Below, in pieces: positions 55,243-64,000 of a stretch of DNA of 64,000 bases. Position numbers and translations under genes: made by a program. The DNA is from an uncultured Verrucomicrobia subdivision 3 bacterium. GTDB lineage: Bacteria > Verrucomicrobiota > Verrucomicrobiia > Limisphaerales > UBA11358. Position 1 is the first letter of the stretch; every line of letters starts with the position of its first letter. The notes under the pieces are model-generated. The model did not search any database. It saw nothing but the letters and a program-made list of their open reading frames with translations, and was not told the DNA's origin. The stretch is from NCBI GenBank assembly GCA_903827955.1, contig CAIKKJ010000091.1, forward strand, positions 4,514-68,513, read 5' to 3'.

Positions 55243-56751
55243 ATGCTGTCAGACATGATTGATTCCGTTTCTGATTCTTTTCCCGGCGGCGCGGGCGGTG
55301 GTGCGGGTGCCGATTTCAAAAAATCGCGCCGGCAAAAGCCGTCGCTGTCGGAGCGCGGCGCGGCGAACCTGGACCGGTTGCCGCCGCACGCGCCGGACAT
55401 GGAGCAGGGGGTGTTGGGTTGCATCTTGATTTCACCGAACGAATGTCTGGGCGAGTGCGTGGAGAAGTTGAAGGACGATGGCAAGGAGGCGTTTTACGAT
55501 CTGCGGCATCAGACGATTTACGAGACGCTGGGCACGATGTTCAATGCGCGGCAGCCGATTGATCTGATCACGGTGCAGCAAAATTTGAAGGACCGGCAGT
55601 TGCTGGAGCAGGTGGGGGGCATCGCGTATTTGTCGCAGTTGCAAGACAGCGTGCCGAGCGCGGCGAACCTGGGTTTCTATCTGGAGGTAGTGAAGGAAAA
55701 ATACCTGCTGCGGAAAATGATCCAGACGTGCAGCGGGGTGGTGGGGCGAATTTACGATTACGAGGGCGAGGTGGATCAACTTTTGGACGAGGTGGAAAAG
55801 GAAGTGCTCCGCGTGAACGAGTCGCGCGTGCAGACGAATGTCCGAGGCGTGAAGGATTTGGTGAATCACGCGATCAACACGCTGGAAAATTTTTTCAACC
55901 GGCAGGGGCAGTTGAGTGGCTTGCCGACGGGCTTTGCCGATTTTGACAAGATGACGGACGGGTTGAAGGGCGGGGAAATGATCGTCATTGCGGCGCGGCC
56001 TTCGATGGGCAAGACGTCGCTGGCGATGAACATCGCGGAACACGTCGCCATCGAGGCGAAAGTGCCGGTGGGGGTGTTCTCGCTGGAAATGAGCGCGGAG
56101 TCGCTGATGCTGCGCATGATGTGTTCGCTGGCGCGGGTGAACATGCGTTCGATCCGCGACGGGTTCATGAGCGAGTCGGATTTTCCGAAAATTCTGGCGG
56201 CGGCGGGGCGGCTGAGCAACTCGAAGCTGTTCATTGATGACTCGGCGGGGCTTTCGATTTTGCAGCTGCGGGCGCGGGCGCGGCGGATGGCGCAGCAGCA
56301 TGACATCAAGTTGTTTGTAATTGACTATTTGCAGTTGCTCCATTCTACTGCGCGACGTTCGCAGGACAATCGTCAGCAGGAAATCGCGGAGATTTCCAGC
56401 GGCATCAAGGCGCTGGCAAAAGAGCTGAATGTGCCGGTCATCGTGCTGGCGCAGTTGAACCGCGAGATTGAGAAGGACAAGAGCCGCAAGCCGCGCATGA
56501 GCGACCTGCGTGAGTCCGGTTCAATTGAACAGGATGCCGATCTGGTGGGTCTGCTATACAAGCCGAATGCGGGTGATGAAGACGACGCTTCGGCGGCACC
56601 GGATGAAAGCGAAGGCTTGGCGGTGAACCTGCTGATCGCCAAGCAGCGCAACGGCCCGACGGGCGATGTGAACCTGACATTCTTGAAACCATACACACGA
56701 TTTGAAAGCGCCGCGAAGTTCAGCAACGAAGACGTTCCGGACGGCCGTTAA
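55243..56751 (+). CDS. dnaB: Replicative DNA helicase DnaB
   Basis: LPPHAPDMEQGVLGCILISP, Walker A ARPSMGKTS, FVIDYLQLL and ELNVPVIVLAQLNRE. Confidence 0.95.
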   Translation: MLSDMIDSVSDSFPGGAGGGAGADFKKSRRQKPSLSERGAANLDRLPPHAPDMEQGVLGCILISPNECLGECVEKLKDDGKEAFYDLRHQTIYETLGTMFNARQPIDLITVQQNLKDRQLLEQVGGIAYLSQLQDSVPSAANLGFYLEVVKEKYLLRKMIQTCSGVVGRIYDYEGEVDQLLDEVEKEVLRVNESRVQTNVRGVKDLVNHAINTLENFFNRQGQLSGLPTGFADFDKMTDGLKGGEMIVIAARPSMGKTSLAMNIAEHVAIEAKVPVGVFSLEMSAESLMLRMMCSLARVNMRSIRDGFMSESDFPKILAAAGRLSNSKLFIDDSAGLSILQLRARARRMAQQHDIKLFVIDYLQLLHSTARRSQDNRQQEIAEISSGIKALAKELNVPVIVLAQLNREIEKDKSRKPRMSDLRESGSIEQDADLVGLLYKPNAGDEDDASAAPDESEGLAVNLLIAKQRNGPTGDVNLTFLKPYTRFESAAKFSNEDVPDGR

Positions 56752-56754
56752 AAA

Positions 56755-59223
56755 ATGAAATCCATCATCAGACCTCTGGGTGTTTCCCTCGCACTGGGCT
56801 GCGCCACCGTCGCGCTCGGCCAGACCGCCGGGCCAAAAATTGACCGCGTGGACATCAAGTTCGTCGGGCCGTCGTCCATCAGCGAAGATTTCATCCGCTC
56901 CAACCTCCGGCTCAAGCCGGGCACAACCTATATCCCCGGCCAGACGCAGGATGATGTGCATTCACTTTACGGCACCGGTCAGTTTTACAACATCCGTGTG
57001 TCAGTGGATCAGGCGGATGACGGCGGCGTGGTGCTGACCTACACGGTGCAAGCCCGGCCGCGCGTCACGGAAATCAAGCTAGAAGGGAACAAAAAACTTT
57101 CCGACACCAAGCTGAAGAAAAAAATCACCGCCAAGATCGGCGAGCCGCTGGATGAACAACGGCTGTTCACCGACGTGCAGGAGATCAAGAAACTTTACGA
57201 GAAAAACGGGTTGGCTGAGACCAAGGTGAAGTATGTCCTCAACATCGAGGAAGTGACCGGTCATGGCACGGTGGTGTTTCATGTTGAGGAAAGTCCCAAG
57301 GTCAAGATCAAGGACGTGGAATTTCTCGGCGCAAAAGCCTTTCCGCAGAAAAAATTGCGCGGTGAAATCAAGACGCAGCGCCGCTGGATGTTTTCATGGA
57401 TCACCGGCAGCGGCTTTTTCAAGCAGGATGAATTTGATGGTGACCACGATATCCTCTCGGATTTTTACCGCAACCACGGCTACCTGGATTTTGAGATCAA
57501 GGATGTGAAGCTGGATCATCCCACACCGGATGCGCTGGTCGTAAAATATTTTGTCAACGAAGGCCAGCAATACAAAGTCGGCTCGGTCAAATTTACCGGC
57601 AGTAAGATTTTTTCTGACGCGGAAATCGTCAAAGGCCTGCGCGACATCCACGACTACGAGCATCTGAAAAGTAAGCTTGGGCCGGACAGCCTGCCGATGG
57701 ATGCGGGCGATATTTTCACGCCGGAAGGCTTGAGCAAAGATACCGAGGCAGTGCAGGATTTTTACGGCAGCAAGGGCTATGTGGATGTGACGCAAGGTCA
57801 GGCACTGCGCGTGTTGCGCGTGCCGAACTTGGAAAAGAGCACGATGGATCTGGAATACCAGTTTGATGAATCCCAAAAATCCTACGTCCAGAAAGTTGAA
57901 ATCCGCGGCAACCTCAAGACCAAGGACAAGGTCATCCGCCGCGAACTTGCGATTTCCCCCGGCGACGTGCTGGACATGGTGCGTGTCAAAATCAGCAAAC
58001 AGCGTCTTGAAGGCTTGCAGTATTTCGACAAGACCGATTTGTCGCCGGAGCCGACCGACCCGCCGATTGCCGGTAAAAAAAATCTCATCATCAACGTCAG
58101 CGAACAGAACACCGGCAACTTCAGCATCGGCGCCGGATTCAGTTCTGTGGATGCGCTCGTTGGTTACGCGGAAGTCACACAGGGAAATTTTGATCTGTTT
58201 CATCCGCCATATTTCACCGGCGGCGGCCAGAAGATGCGGGTGAAAGTCCAACTCGGCACCAAGCGCCAAGATTACGAACTGTCATTCATTGAACCGTGGT
58301 TTCTCAACCGCAAGCTCTCGCTCGGCGTCGATCTCTACCGCCACAGCCTGAACTTTGAAAGCCCGAACAACATTTACAACGAGACCCGCACCGGTGCCAA
58401 AGTTAGCTTGAGCCGCGCACTGGGCAGCGACTTCCTGATCGGCAGCGTCAACTACACCATCGAAGATGTGGGCATCGCATTGAACAGCCCGTGGCACGCG
58501 TTGCAGTTGGATTCGTTTGGAAATCCGATCACGGACAACCTTGCTCCCGGCGCGATTTTGAGCGAGACGGGCGACCATCTTTACCAACGTTTCGGCGGTT
58601 CGCTGGCCTATGACACCCGCAACAGCGTGCAATTGCCGAACCACGGCCAGCGCTCTGAACTCACCGGCGAAATCAGTGCGGGCGACAAAACCTATTACAA
58701 ACTGGAACTGCACACTTCGTGGTATTGGCCGGGCTTGTTCAAAGGTCACGTCATTGAAGCCGGCGGTCGCGTCGGCATGGCCGACTCCCTGTCTGGCGGC
58801 GATGTGCCGTTCTACGACCGTTATTATTTGGGTGGTCTGTATTCCTTGCGCGGCTTTAAATTCCGTAACATCGCCCCGCGTGAACCCAATCTTTACGTTG
58901 ACCCAACCGGCAATTCCACTTTTGCCGAGCCTATCGGTGGCGACAGCTACTGGTTTGGTTCCGTGGAATACAGCGTGCCAATTTTGGAAAAGGATTCCGG
59001 CCCCAGCCTCCGTGTGGCCATGTTCTACGACATTGGCGCAGTTTCCGAATCCTCCTATTCGTTCAGTGGCGATTACCTCGACAACTGGGGCTTCGGCATC
59101 CGCCTGAACATCCCGCGCCTCGGTCCGCTGCGCTTGGATTACGGCATACCGATCACGCAGGACAAATACAACAGCGGCGGGGGTAAATTCCAGTTTGGTG
59201 TCGGCTACACACGCGATTTTTAA
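56755..59223 (+). CDS. bamA: Outer membrane protein assembly factor BamA
   Basis: Signal peptide, five POTRA-like repeats (IDRVDIKFVG..., VTEIKLEGNKKL..., IKDVEFLGAKAF..., VGSVKFTGSKIF..., VQKVEIRGNLKTKD...) and an Omp85 barrel ending FQFGVGYTRDF. Confidence 0.95.
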   Translation: MKSIIRPLGVSLALGCATVALGQTAGPKIDRVDIKFVGPSSISEDFIRSNLRLKPGTTYIPGQTQDDVHSLYGTGQFYNIRVSVDQADDGGVVLTYTVQARPRVTEIKLEGNKKLSDTKLKKKITAKIGEPLDEQRLFTDVQEIKKLYEKNGLAETKVKYVLNIEEVTGHGTVVFHVEESPKVKIKDVEFLGAKAFPQKKLRGEIKTQRRWMFSWITGSGFFKQDEFDGDHDILSDFYRNHGYLDFEIKDVKLDHPTPDALVVKYFVNEGQQYKVGSVKFTGSKIFSDAEIVKGLRDIHDYEHLKSKLGPDSLPMDAGDIFTPEGLSKDTEAVQDFYGSKGYVDVTQGQALRVLRVPNLEKSTMDLEYQFDESQKSYVQKVEIRGNLKTKDKVIRRELAISPGDVLDMVRVKISKQRLEGLQYFDKTDLSPEPTDPPIAGKKNLIINVSEQNTGNFSIGAGFSSVDALVGYAEVTQGNFDLFHPPYFTGGGQKMRVKVQLGTKRQDYELSFIEPWFLNRKLSLGVDLYRHSLNFESPNNIYNETRTGAKVSLSRALGSDFLIGSVNYTIEDVGIALNSPWHALQLDSFGNPITDNLAPGAILSETGDHLYQRFGGSLAYDTRNSVQLPNHGQRSELTGEISAGDKTYYKLELHTSWYWPGLFKGHVIEAGGRVGMADSLSGGDVPFYDRYYLGGLYSLRGFKFRNIAPREPNLYVDPTGNSTFAEPIGGDSYWFGSVEYSVPILEKDSGPSLRVAMFYDIGAVSESSYSFSGDYLDNWGFGIRLNIPRLGPLRLDYGIPITQDKYNSGGGKFQFGVGYTRDF

Positions 59224-59224
59224 G

Positions 59225-61705
59225 ATGAAATTTTTCTCGAAACTCATTGGTGCAGCCGCCGTGACAATGGCTATCACTTGGTCAGCGCCCGCCGCCGTGA
59301 ACCTCGGCAACCTGCCGCTCTGGTTTGAAGCCGGCCACGACCAGTCAGCTGCGACGTTCGTTGCCCACGCGCAGGACTCGGAATTTTCCGTTACCAAGTC
59401 CGGTGCGGAATTTGTTTTGTCCAAGCCCGGCAGCCACAATGAAAGCGTGCGGATGACCTTTGTCGGTGGCGCTGCCGGCGCAATGCTCGCGGGCGAAAAT
59501 GTGCTAGCGGGAAAAATTAATTACCTCCTCGGCAACGAATCGGCACAATGGCGGGCGTGCGTGCCGACATTTGCCCGGGTTCAGCTGACACAGATTTATC
59601 CCAGCGTGAATGTTGTCTATTACGGCAGCCAGCAACAATTGGAATACGACTTTAATCTCGCAGCAGGCGTGAATCCGGAGACCATAGCCATTCAATTCAA
59701 CGGCGCGGAAAAAATTTCCATCAACTCGCAAGGCCAGTTGGTGATTCAGCTTCAGGCCGGCCAGATCATTCAGCACGTGCCCATCGCTTACCAGATGGTT
59801 GGGGGCATCCGCCACGAAATCAAAGCTGGTTACAAGATTCTTGCTGCCGGCACGGTGACTTTTGCCATCGGTCAATTTGACCGCGCGCAGCCATTGGTGA
59901 TTGACCCTGTCTTGAGTTACTCGACTTATTTTGGTGGCAACTCCGGTGACAAGGCGTGGGCTATCGCCGTCAATCCTACTGACAATTCCATCTACCTCGC
60001 CGGCCAGACATTTTCCACGCAGATTTCCAACAACATTCCGTTCGCCAAAAACGTCACCTATACAAACTTTGGCGGCGGCAGCATTCTTGGCGATGCATTC
60101 GTGGCCAAGTTCGACAGCACGGGAACCAATCTGATTTATTGCACCTATCTCGGCGGCAGTGCCGATGACGCAGCTTATGCCCTGACGGTGGATTCGGATG
60201 GTCACGCCTTCGTGGCCGGGGCGACCGACTCGACCAACTTTCCTGTGAAAAACGCCTTGAGTTACGGTGCATTCAGCGGCACGAATATTCATGGTGTCAT
60301 TGAACCCACGCTGAAAGTTCATCCGCTGGATGCCTTCGTCACGGAACTTTCTGCCGACGGCGCTTCACTGGTTTACTCCACTTACCTTGGCGGGAGCAGT
60401 TGGGATTCGGCCTACGCCATCGCCATTGACACCGTGGGAAATGCGTTTGTCACCGGCAGCACATATTCCAGCAATTTTCCGGTAACTGCCGCCGCTGTTT
60501 TGAACCATCTTGCGACCACGAATAATTTTTACGCCAACTATAACGCCTTCGTCGCTGAAATCGCGGCGAATGGTTCGACTCTGAATTACTCCACCTATCT
60601 TGGCGGCACCAACCGCGATGTCGGCCGTGCCATCGCCTACAACAATGGTTATGTTTTGGTCGCCGGTTCAACCACCTCGACTAATTTCCCGTGGGTCAAC
60701 GGCCTGGCCTCGTCGCGCTTTCTCAACGGCTTTCCCACCAACGCCACGCCCGGCTCGGATGCGTTTGTGACCATGTTCACCACGTCGGGAACTAATCTGG
60801 CGCTACAATATTCCACCTTCCTCGGCAGCACGAACAACGATCTTGCCACCGGCATCGCGGCGGACGCTTCGGGTAACGCCTACGTCGTCGGCTGGACAAC
60901 CTCGACGAATTTCCCCGTCACCACCAACGGCGTGCAATTGTCTTCTTATGTGCGCACAAACCTGACGGCTTTTGTTTTTGCCACGAATGCGTTCCTGACG
61001 GAAATTTCTGTGAACGGTGGCACTGCATTCAACGCCTTCTCGCAAGTTTTCGGCGGCCGTGGCGTGGATGTAGCCAATGGTGTGGTGCGGGACAGCGCGG
61101 GAAATATTTTTGTGGTCGGCTCAGCCACTTCCACCAACCTTCCGGTGACCCGCGGAACCATCTTCGGTTCGCTGCGTGCGACCAACTTCGGTGGTTCGGA
61201 CGTGTTTGTCACTGCCTTCAAATCGGATTTCAGCGGGCTGCTCTACGGAGCGTATCTGGGCGGACGGCAGGATGATTTTGGCAACGCCATCGCCGTGGAC
61301 ACCGACGGCAACGCCATCGTCACCGGCCAGACGCTCTCGACCAACTTCCCAGTCTACGGTTCATGGTCCACCAATTTCCCCGTTTCGCACCGTATGCTGG
61401 TCGGAACCAATGACGCATTTATCGCAAAAATTTTGACCGGCACATCTATCGCAAAAATTTTGACCGGCACATCTCCCGTGCTGCAGGCGGCGGCATCTGG
61501 CACGAACGTCCTCGTCTACTGGCCTGCGGTCAGCGACGTGACCCCAGCTGCGCTCGGCGTGGAAACCACGACCGATCTGTTGCGGCCGGCTGGCCCTAAC
61601 TGGGTTGTTGTCACCAATCCCGTGCCGGTGCTGACCAACGGGAATTACACTTATACTTTCACGCGGACAAACCTGATGCGGTTTTTCCGGTTTCATCCAT
61701 TTTGA
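59225..61705 (+). CDS. Secreted SBBP (beta-propeller) repeat protein with FYRL-like C-terminal module
   Basis: Signal peptide MKFFSKLIGAAAVTMAITWSAPA. N-terminal PLWFEAG...NYLLGNESAQW...QLEYDF region. At least 7 repeats of the YSTYLGG..D.a.AIAvD..GNAfVtG.T.S.NFPV type. Ends MRFFRFHPF. The ATG is 1 nt after the bamA stop. Confidence 0.8.
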   Translation: MKFFSKLIGAAAVTMAITWSAPAAVNLGNLPLWFEAGHDQSAATFVAHAQDSEFSVTKSGAEFVLSKPGSHNESVRMTFVGGAAGAMLAGENVLAGKINYLLGNESAQWRACVPTFARVQLTQIYPSVNVVYYGSQQQLEYDFNLAAGVNPETIAIQFNGAEKISINSQGQLVIQLQAGQIIQHVPIAYQMVGGIRHEIKAGYKILAAGTVTFAIGQFDRAQPLVIDPVLSYSTYFGGNSGDKAWAIAVNPTDNSIYLAGQTFSTQISNNIPFAKNVTYTNFGGGSILGDAFVAKFDSTGTNLIYCTYLGGSADDAAYALTVDSDGHAFVAGATDSTNFPVKNALSYGAFSGTNIHGVIEPTLKVHPLDAFVTELSADGASLVYSTYLGGSSWDSAYAIAIDTVGNAFVTGSTYSSNFPVTAAAVLNHLATTNNFYANYNAFVAEIAANGSTLNYSTYLGGTNRDVGRAIAYNNGYVLVAGSTTSTNFPWVNGLASSRFLNGFPTNATPGSDAFVTMFTTSGTNLALQYSTFLGSTNNDLATGIAADASGNAYVVGWTTSTNFPVTTNGVQLSSYVRTNLTAFVFATNAFLTEISVNGGTAFNAFSQVFGGRGVDVANGVVRDSAGNIFVVGSATSTNLPVTRGTIFGSLRATNFGGSDVFVTAFKSDFSGLLYGAYLGGRQDDFGNAIAVDTDGNAIVTGQTLSTNFPVYGSWSTNFPVSHRMLVGTNDAFIAKILTGTSIAKILTGTSPVLQAAASGTNVLVYWPAVSDVTPAALGVETTTDLLRPAGPNWVVVTNPVPVLTNGNYTYTFTRTNLMRFFRFHPF
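61421..61474 (+). repeat. Perfect 27-bp tandem duplication inside the SBBP gene
   Basis: atcgcaaaaattttgaccggcacatct occurs twice back to back, giving IAKILTGTS-IAKILTGTS in frame. Confidence 0.95.
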
Positions 61706-61749
61706 TTTTCTGCTGGTATCGCCAAAAAATTCTGATTTCCTTTTTGCCC

Positions 61750-62361
61750 ATGAAAAATTTACGCCTCATTGTTGTCGCCGCCGTCCTGCTGACGGTCGCA
61801 GTTTCCGCCTCGGCCCAGACCAAGATCGCTAGCGTGGACATGAAAAAAGTGTTCAACGCCTATTACAAGACCAAGATGGCGCAGTCTGCGCTGGACAAGG
61901 ATAAAACCGATTTGCGCAAGGAATTGCAGGACATGGCCGAAGCTTTGAAAAAGGCGCAGGCCGATTATAAGCAGACGCTTGATCAGGCGAACGATCAGGC
62001 CATCTCTGCCGACGAGCGTGAGAAGCGCAAATTGTCCGCGCAGGATAAGGCCAAGGATGTGAACAGCCGCCAGGTCGCCATCGAGCAGTATCAGCGCCAG
62101 GCCGAGACGCAACTTGCGGACAAGAGCCAGCGCATGATTGGCAACCTCGTTAAGGAAATTCAGGAAGCCGTGGCCGGCAAGGCCAAGGCCGGCGGTTACA
62201 CCCTCGTCGTGAATTCCGCCAACACGGAGACGTTTGTCTTCGCCAGTCCGGACAATGACATCAGCGCCGCCGTGGTTTCCCAGTTGAATGCCGGCGCCCC
62301 GATTGACGTGGTCAAGCCGGCGGCAAGCCTGCCGTTCAAAATCAGCACCAACGCCCCGTAA
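61750..62361 (+). CDS. skp: Periplasmic chaperone Skp (OmpH family)
   Basis: Signal peptide MKNLRLIVVAAVLLTVAVSASA, then KIASVDMKKVFNAYYKTKMAQSALDKDKTDLRKELQ and a coiled-coil Lys/Gln/Glu-rich body. Confidence 0.85.
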   Translation: MKNLRLIVVAAVLLTVAVSASAQTKIASVDMKKVFNAYYKTKMAQSALDKDKTDLRKELQDMAEALKKAQADYKQTLDQANDQAISADEREKRKLSAQDKAKDVNSRQVAIEQYQRQAETQLADKSQRMIGNLVKEIQEAVAGKAKAGGYTLVVNSANTETFVFASPDNDISAAVVSQLNAGAPIDVVKPAASLPFKISTNAP

Positions 62362-62446
62362 GCATCCGTTTTTAAAAAATTCCTGCTTGCTACCATCCGT
62401 ATGGATGCGTATAGTTCGCGCTCTTTTGCTATTGAATTAAATTTTT

Positions 62447-62662
62447 ATGCGTCGTCCAAAAGGTATTAAAACGAAGAAAGCCGCAGCTAAGCGGTTCAAA
62501 ATCACCGCCACCGGCAAAGTCCTGCGCGCCCGCGCCGGTCGCCGTCACTTGGCCCAGACCAAAAACGCCAAGCGCCTCCGCCGTCTCGGCAAGGCTGCCG
62601 TCGTGGACAAGACGGATGTCTATCGCATCACGCAGAGCATGCCGTTCAGCCATCGCGGCTGA
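62447..62662 (+). CDS. rpmI: 50S ribosomal protein L35
   Basis: KTKKAAAKRFKITATGKVLRARAGRRHL... Confidence 0.95.
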   Translation: MRRPKGIKTKKAAAKRFKITATGKVLRARAGRRHLAQTKNAKRLRRLGKAAVVDKTDVYRITQSMPFSHRG

Positions 62663-62697
62663 TTTTTCACCGACCATAATTTTAACCATCAACTAAA

Positions 62698-63081
62698 ATG
62701 CGCGTTACCAACTCACCCGCTTCCCGCAAACGTCGTGGAAGAATGCTGACAGCCGCCAAAGGCTTCCGTCTCAAACGTTCCAAACTTTACCGCTACGCCT
62801 CCGACGCCGTGGATCATGGCCGCCAGTATGCCTACCGCGACCGCCGCACGAAGAAGCGCACCTTCCGTTATCTCTGGCAGATCCGCATCAACGCCGCCGT
62901 GCGTGAAGCCGGTCTGACCTACAGCCGCTTCATCGAAGGTCTCAAGGCCGCGAAATGCGAACTCGACCGCAAGGTGCTAGCCGATATCGCCGCGCAGGAC
63001 GCCGCCGCGTTCACAGACATCGTGAACATCGCCAAGGCCGCGCTGAAGAACAAGCCCGCCGCCACCTTGGCCAAGGCCTGA
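62698..63081 (+). CDS. rplT: 50S ribosomal protein L20
   Basis: [34 protein letters not shown]...[22 protein letters not shown]. Confidence 0.95.
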   Translation: MRVTNSPASRKRRGRMLTAAKGFRLKRSKLYRYASDAVDHGRQYAYRDRRTKKRTFRYLWQIRINAAVREAGLTYSRFIEGLKAAKCELDRKVLADIAAQDAAAFTDIVNIAKAALKNKPAATLAKA

Positions 63082-63100
63082 ACGATTTGAAATTCACCAG

Positions 63101-63135
63101 ACGGGCGGACTGAAAAGTTCGCCCGTTTTTCTTTT
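63101..63135 (+). terminator. Rho-independent terminator or attenuator after rplT
   Basis: acgggcg-(12-nt loop)-cgcccgt followed by ttttctttt. Confidence 0.7.
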
Positions 63136-63237
63136 GGTAGGGCGAGGAATGGTGGCCGTCTGACAAGATCACGGGCCACGATTGCCAAAAAGAATTCTGT
63201 AAATTTTGTTAATTCTGTCTCACTCTTTCGGAAAGCT

Positions 63238-64000
63238 ATGTCGTTCTTGAATGAAATTGAACCACTGAAACAAACCGCGCTCGCGGAACTCATTGCCGCG
63301 CCCGACCTCGCCGCGCTGGAGCAGACCAAGGGCGCGTGGATTGGGCCAAACGGCAAATTCACCGCGTTGATGAAACAGCTCGGCACGCTCTCCAAGGAAG
63401 AAAAGCCAGCCGCCGGCAAACTCATCAACGCCGCCAAGCAAGAACTCGAAGCTGCGCTCGCCTCGCGCCGCGAGGAATTAGAACTGAAAGCCGCACTGCC
63501 GAAAGAGCCGACCGATTTCACTCTGCCCGGACGCCGCCGCGCGCTCGGTAAATTGCATCCGCTCACGCAGGTCACCGACGACATCGTCCGCGCGTTCCGC
63601 AAGATCGGTTTCGCCGTCGCCGACGGGCCGGAGATTGAAGACGAGTATCATTGCTTCGACGCGCTCAACACGCCCGCCGACCATCCCGCACGCGATTCGC
63701 AGGATACCTTTTATCTCAACACCACCGACAAACGCCTGCTCCGCACGCACACTTCGTCCGTCCAAATCCGGGTAATGGAAAAACAACCGCCGCCGATTCG
63801 CATCATCGTGCCGGGCCGCGTGTATCGCCGCGACAACGCCGACGCCACACACAATCCCACGTTCCACCAGATCGAGGGACTTTACGTTGATAAAAATGTG
63901 ACTGTTGGTGATTTGAAAGGCACGGTGGAATTTGTTTTCCGCGAACTCATGGGCAGCGATGTGAAGATCCGTTTCCGTCCGCATTATTTCAGCTACACCG
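63238..64000 (+). CDS. pheS: Phenylalanine--tRNA ligase alpha subunit (3' end outside the window)
   Basis: My own translation from ATG 63238: MSFLNEIEPLKQTAL...LHPLTQV...FDALNTPADHPARDSQDTFYL...LLRTHTSSVQIR...GRVYRRDNADATHNPTFHQIEGLYV. The frame is open to the window end. It is absent from the ORF track because it has no stop. Confidence 0.95.
   Translation, partial: MSFLNEIEPLKQTALAELIAAPDLAALEQTKGAWIGPNGKFTALMKQLGTLSKEEKPAAGKLINAAKQELEAALASRREELELKAALPKEPTDFTLPGRRRALGKLHPLTQVTDDIVRAFRKIGFAVADGPEIEDEYHCFDALNTPADHPARDSQDTFYLNTTDKRLLRTHTSSVQIRVMEKQPPPIRIIVPGRVYRRDNADATHNPTFHQIEGLYVDKNVTVGDLKGTVEFVFRELMGSDVKIRFRPHYFSYT

Noticed and set aside
61421-61474. A possible CRISPR or minisatellite array.
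   Set aside because: There are only two adjacent identical 27-bp units with no spacers, lying inside a CDS and in frame. It is a simple tandem duplication.
62362-62446. L20-type ribosomal leader or attenuator upstream of rpmI.
   Set aside because: Only a short CATCC-GTAT-GGATG hairpin is visible and infC is absent upstream. I cannot support the pseudoknot structure of the known L20 leader from sequence alone.
1-64000. Mobile genetic element, prophage or defence island.
   Set aside because: I found no integrase, transposase, phage structural genes, restriction-modification, Cas or other recognisable defence genes, and no tRNA attachment sites. vapBC is the only addiction-type module. The palindromic repeats are non-autonomous.

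Overview
Gene-dense, GC-rich chromosomal window (GC judged by eye, not computed) with about 55 supportable CDS. I found no rRNA or tRNA genes, CRISPR arrays, transposases or integrases. All domain calls come from motifs read in the supplied translations; no database search was possible. The likely source is a PVC-superphylum bacterium, probably Verrucomicrobiota. This is an inference from two prepilin-type H-X9-DG (DUF1559-like) proteins, an M56 BlaR1-like protein with an exotic sensor domain, an SBBP repeat protein, and glycoside hydrolases with no SusC/SusD. Housekeeping blocks are yajC-secDF-terC-recJ, ispD-ctp-tsaD, yggS, der, nrdJ, pabB-pabC, pheT, dnaB, bamA...skp, and rpmI-rplT-pheS. 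Accessory content: (1) a 12-kb glycan-utilisation cluster (CBM protein, pseudopilin-like protein, GH16, malectin lipoprotein, GH39, GH3, GPH symporter, GH10). (2) A blaI-blaR1 pair whose M56 protease is fused to two tandem secretin-like domains. (3) A lipoprotein made only of secretin N0-N1-like domains, followed by a degenerate pseudopilin. (4) A lemA/M48-TerB pair separated by a near-perfect 27-bp inverted repeat. (5) A YtrA-type GntR/ABC operon. (6) vapBC. (7) GT2-GH43-M16 genes. Best candidates for an undescribed system are the dispersed secretin and pseudopilin parts (29.1-32.3 kb and 42.7-44.3 kb) and a C-terminal module ending in FYRL shared by four unrelated secreted proteins. Three unrelated families of long palindromic elements are also present; one lies in frame inside pabB.
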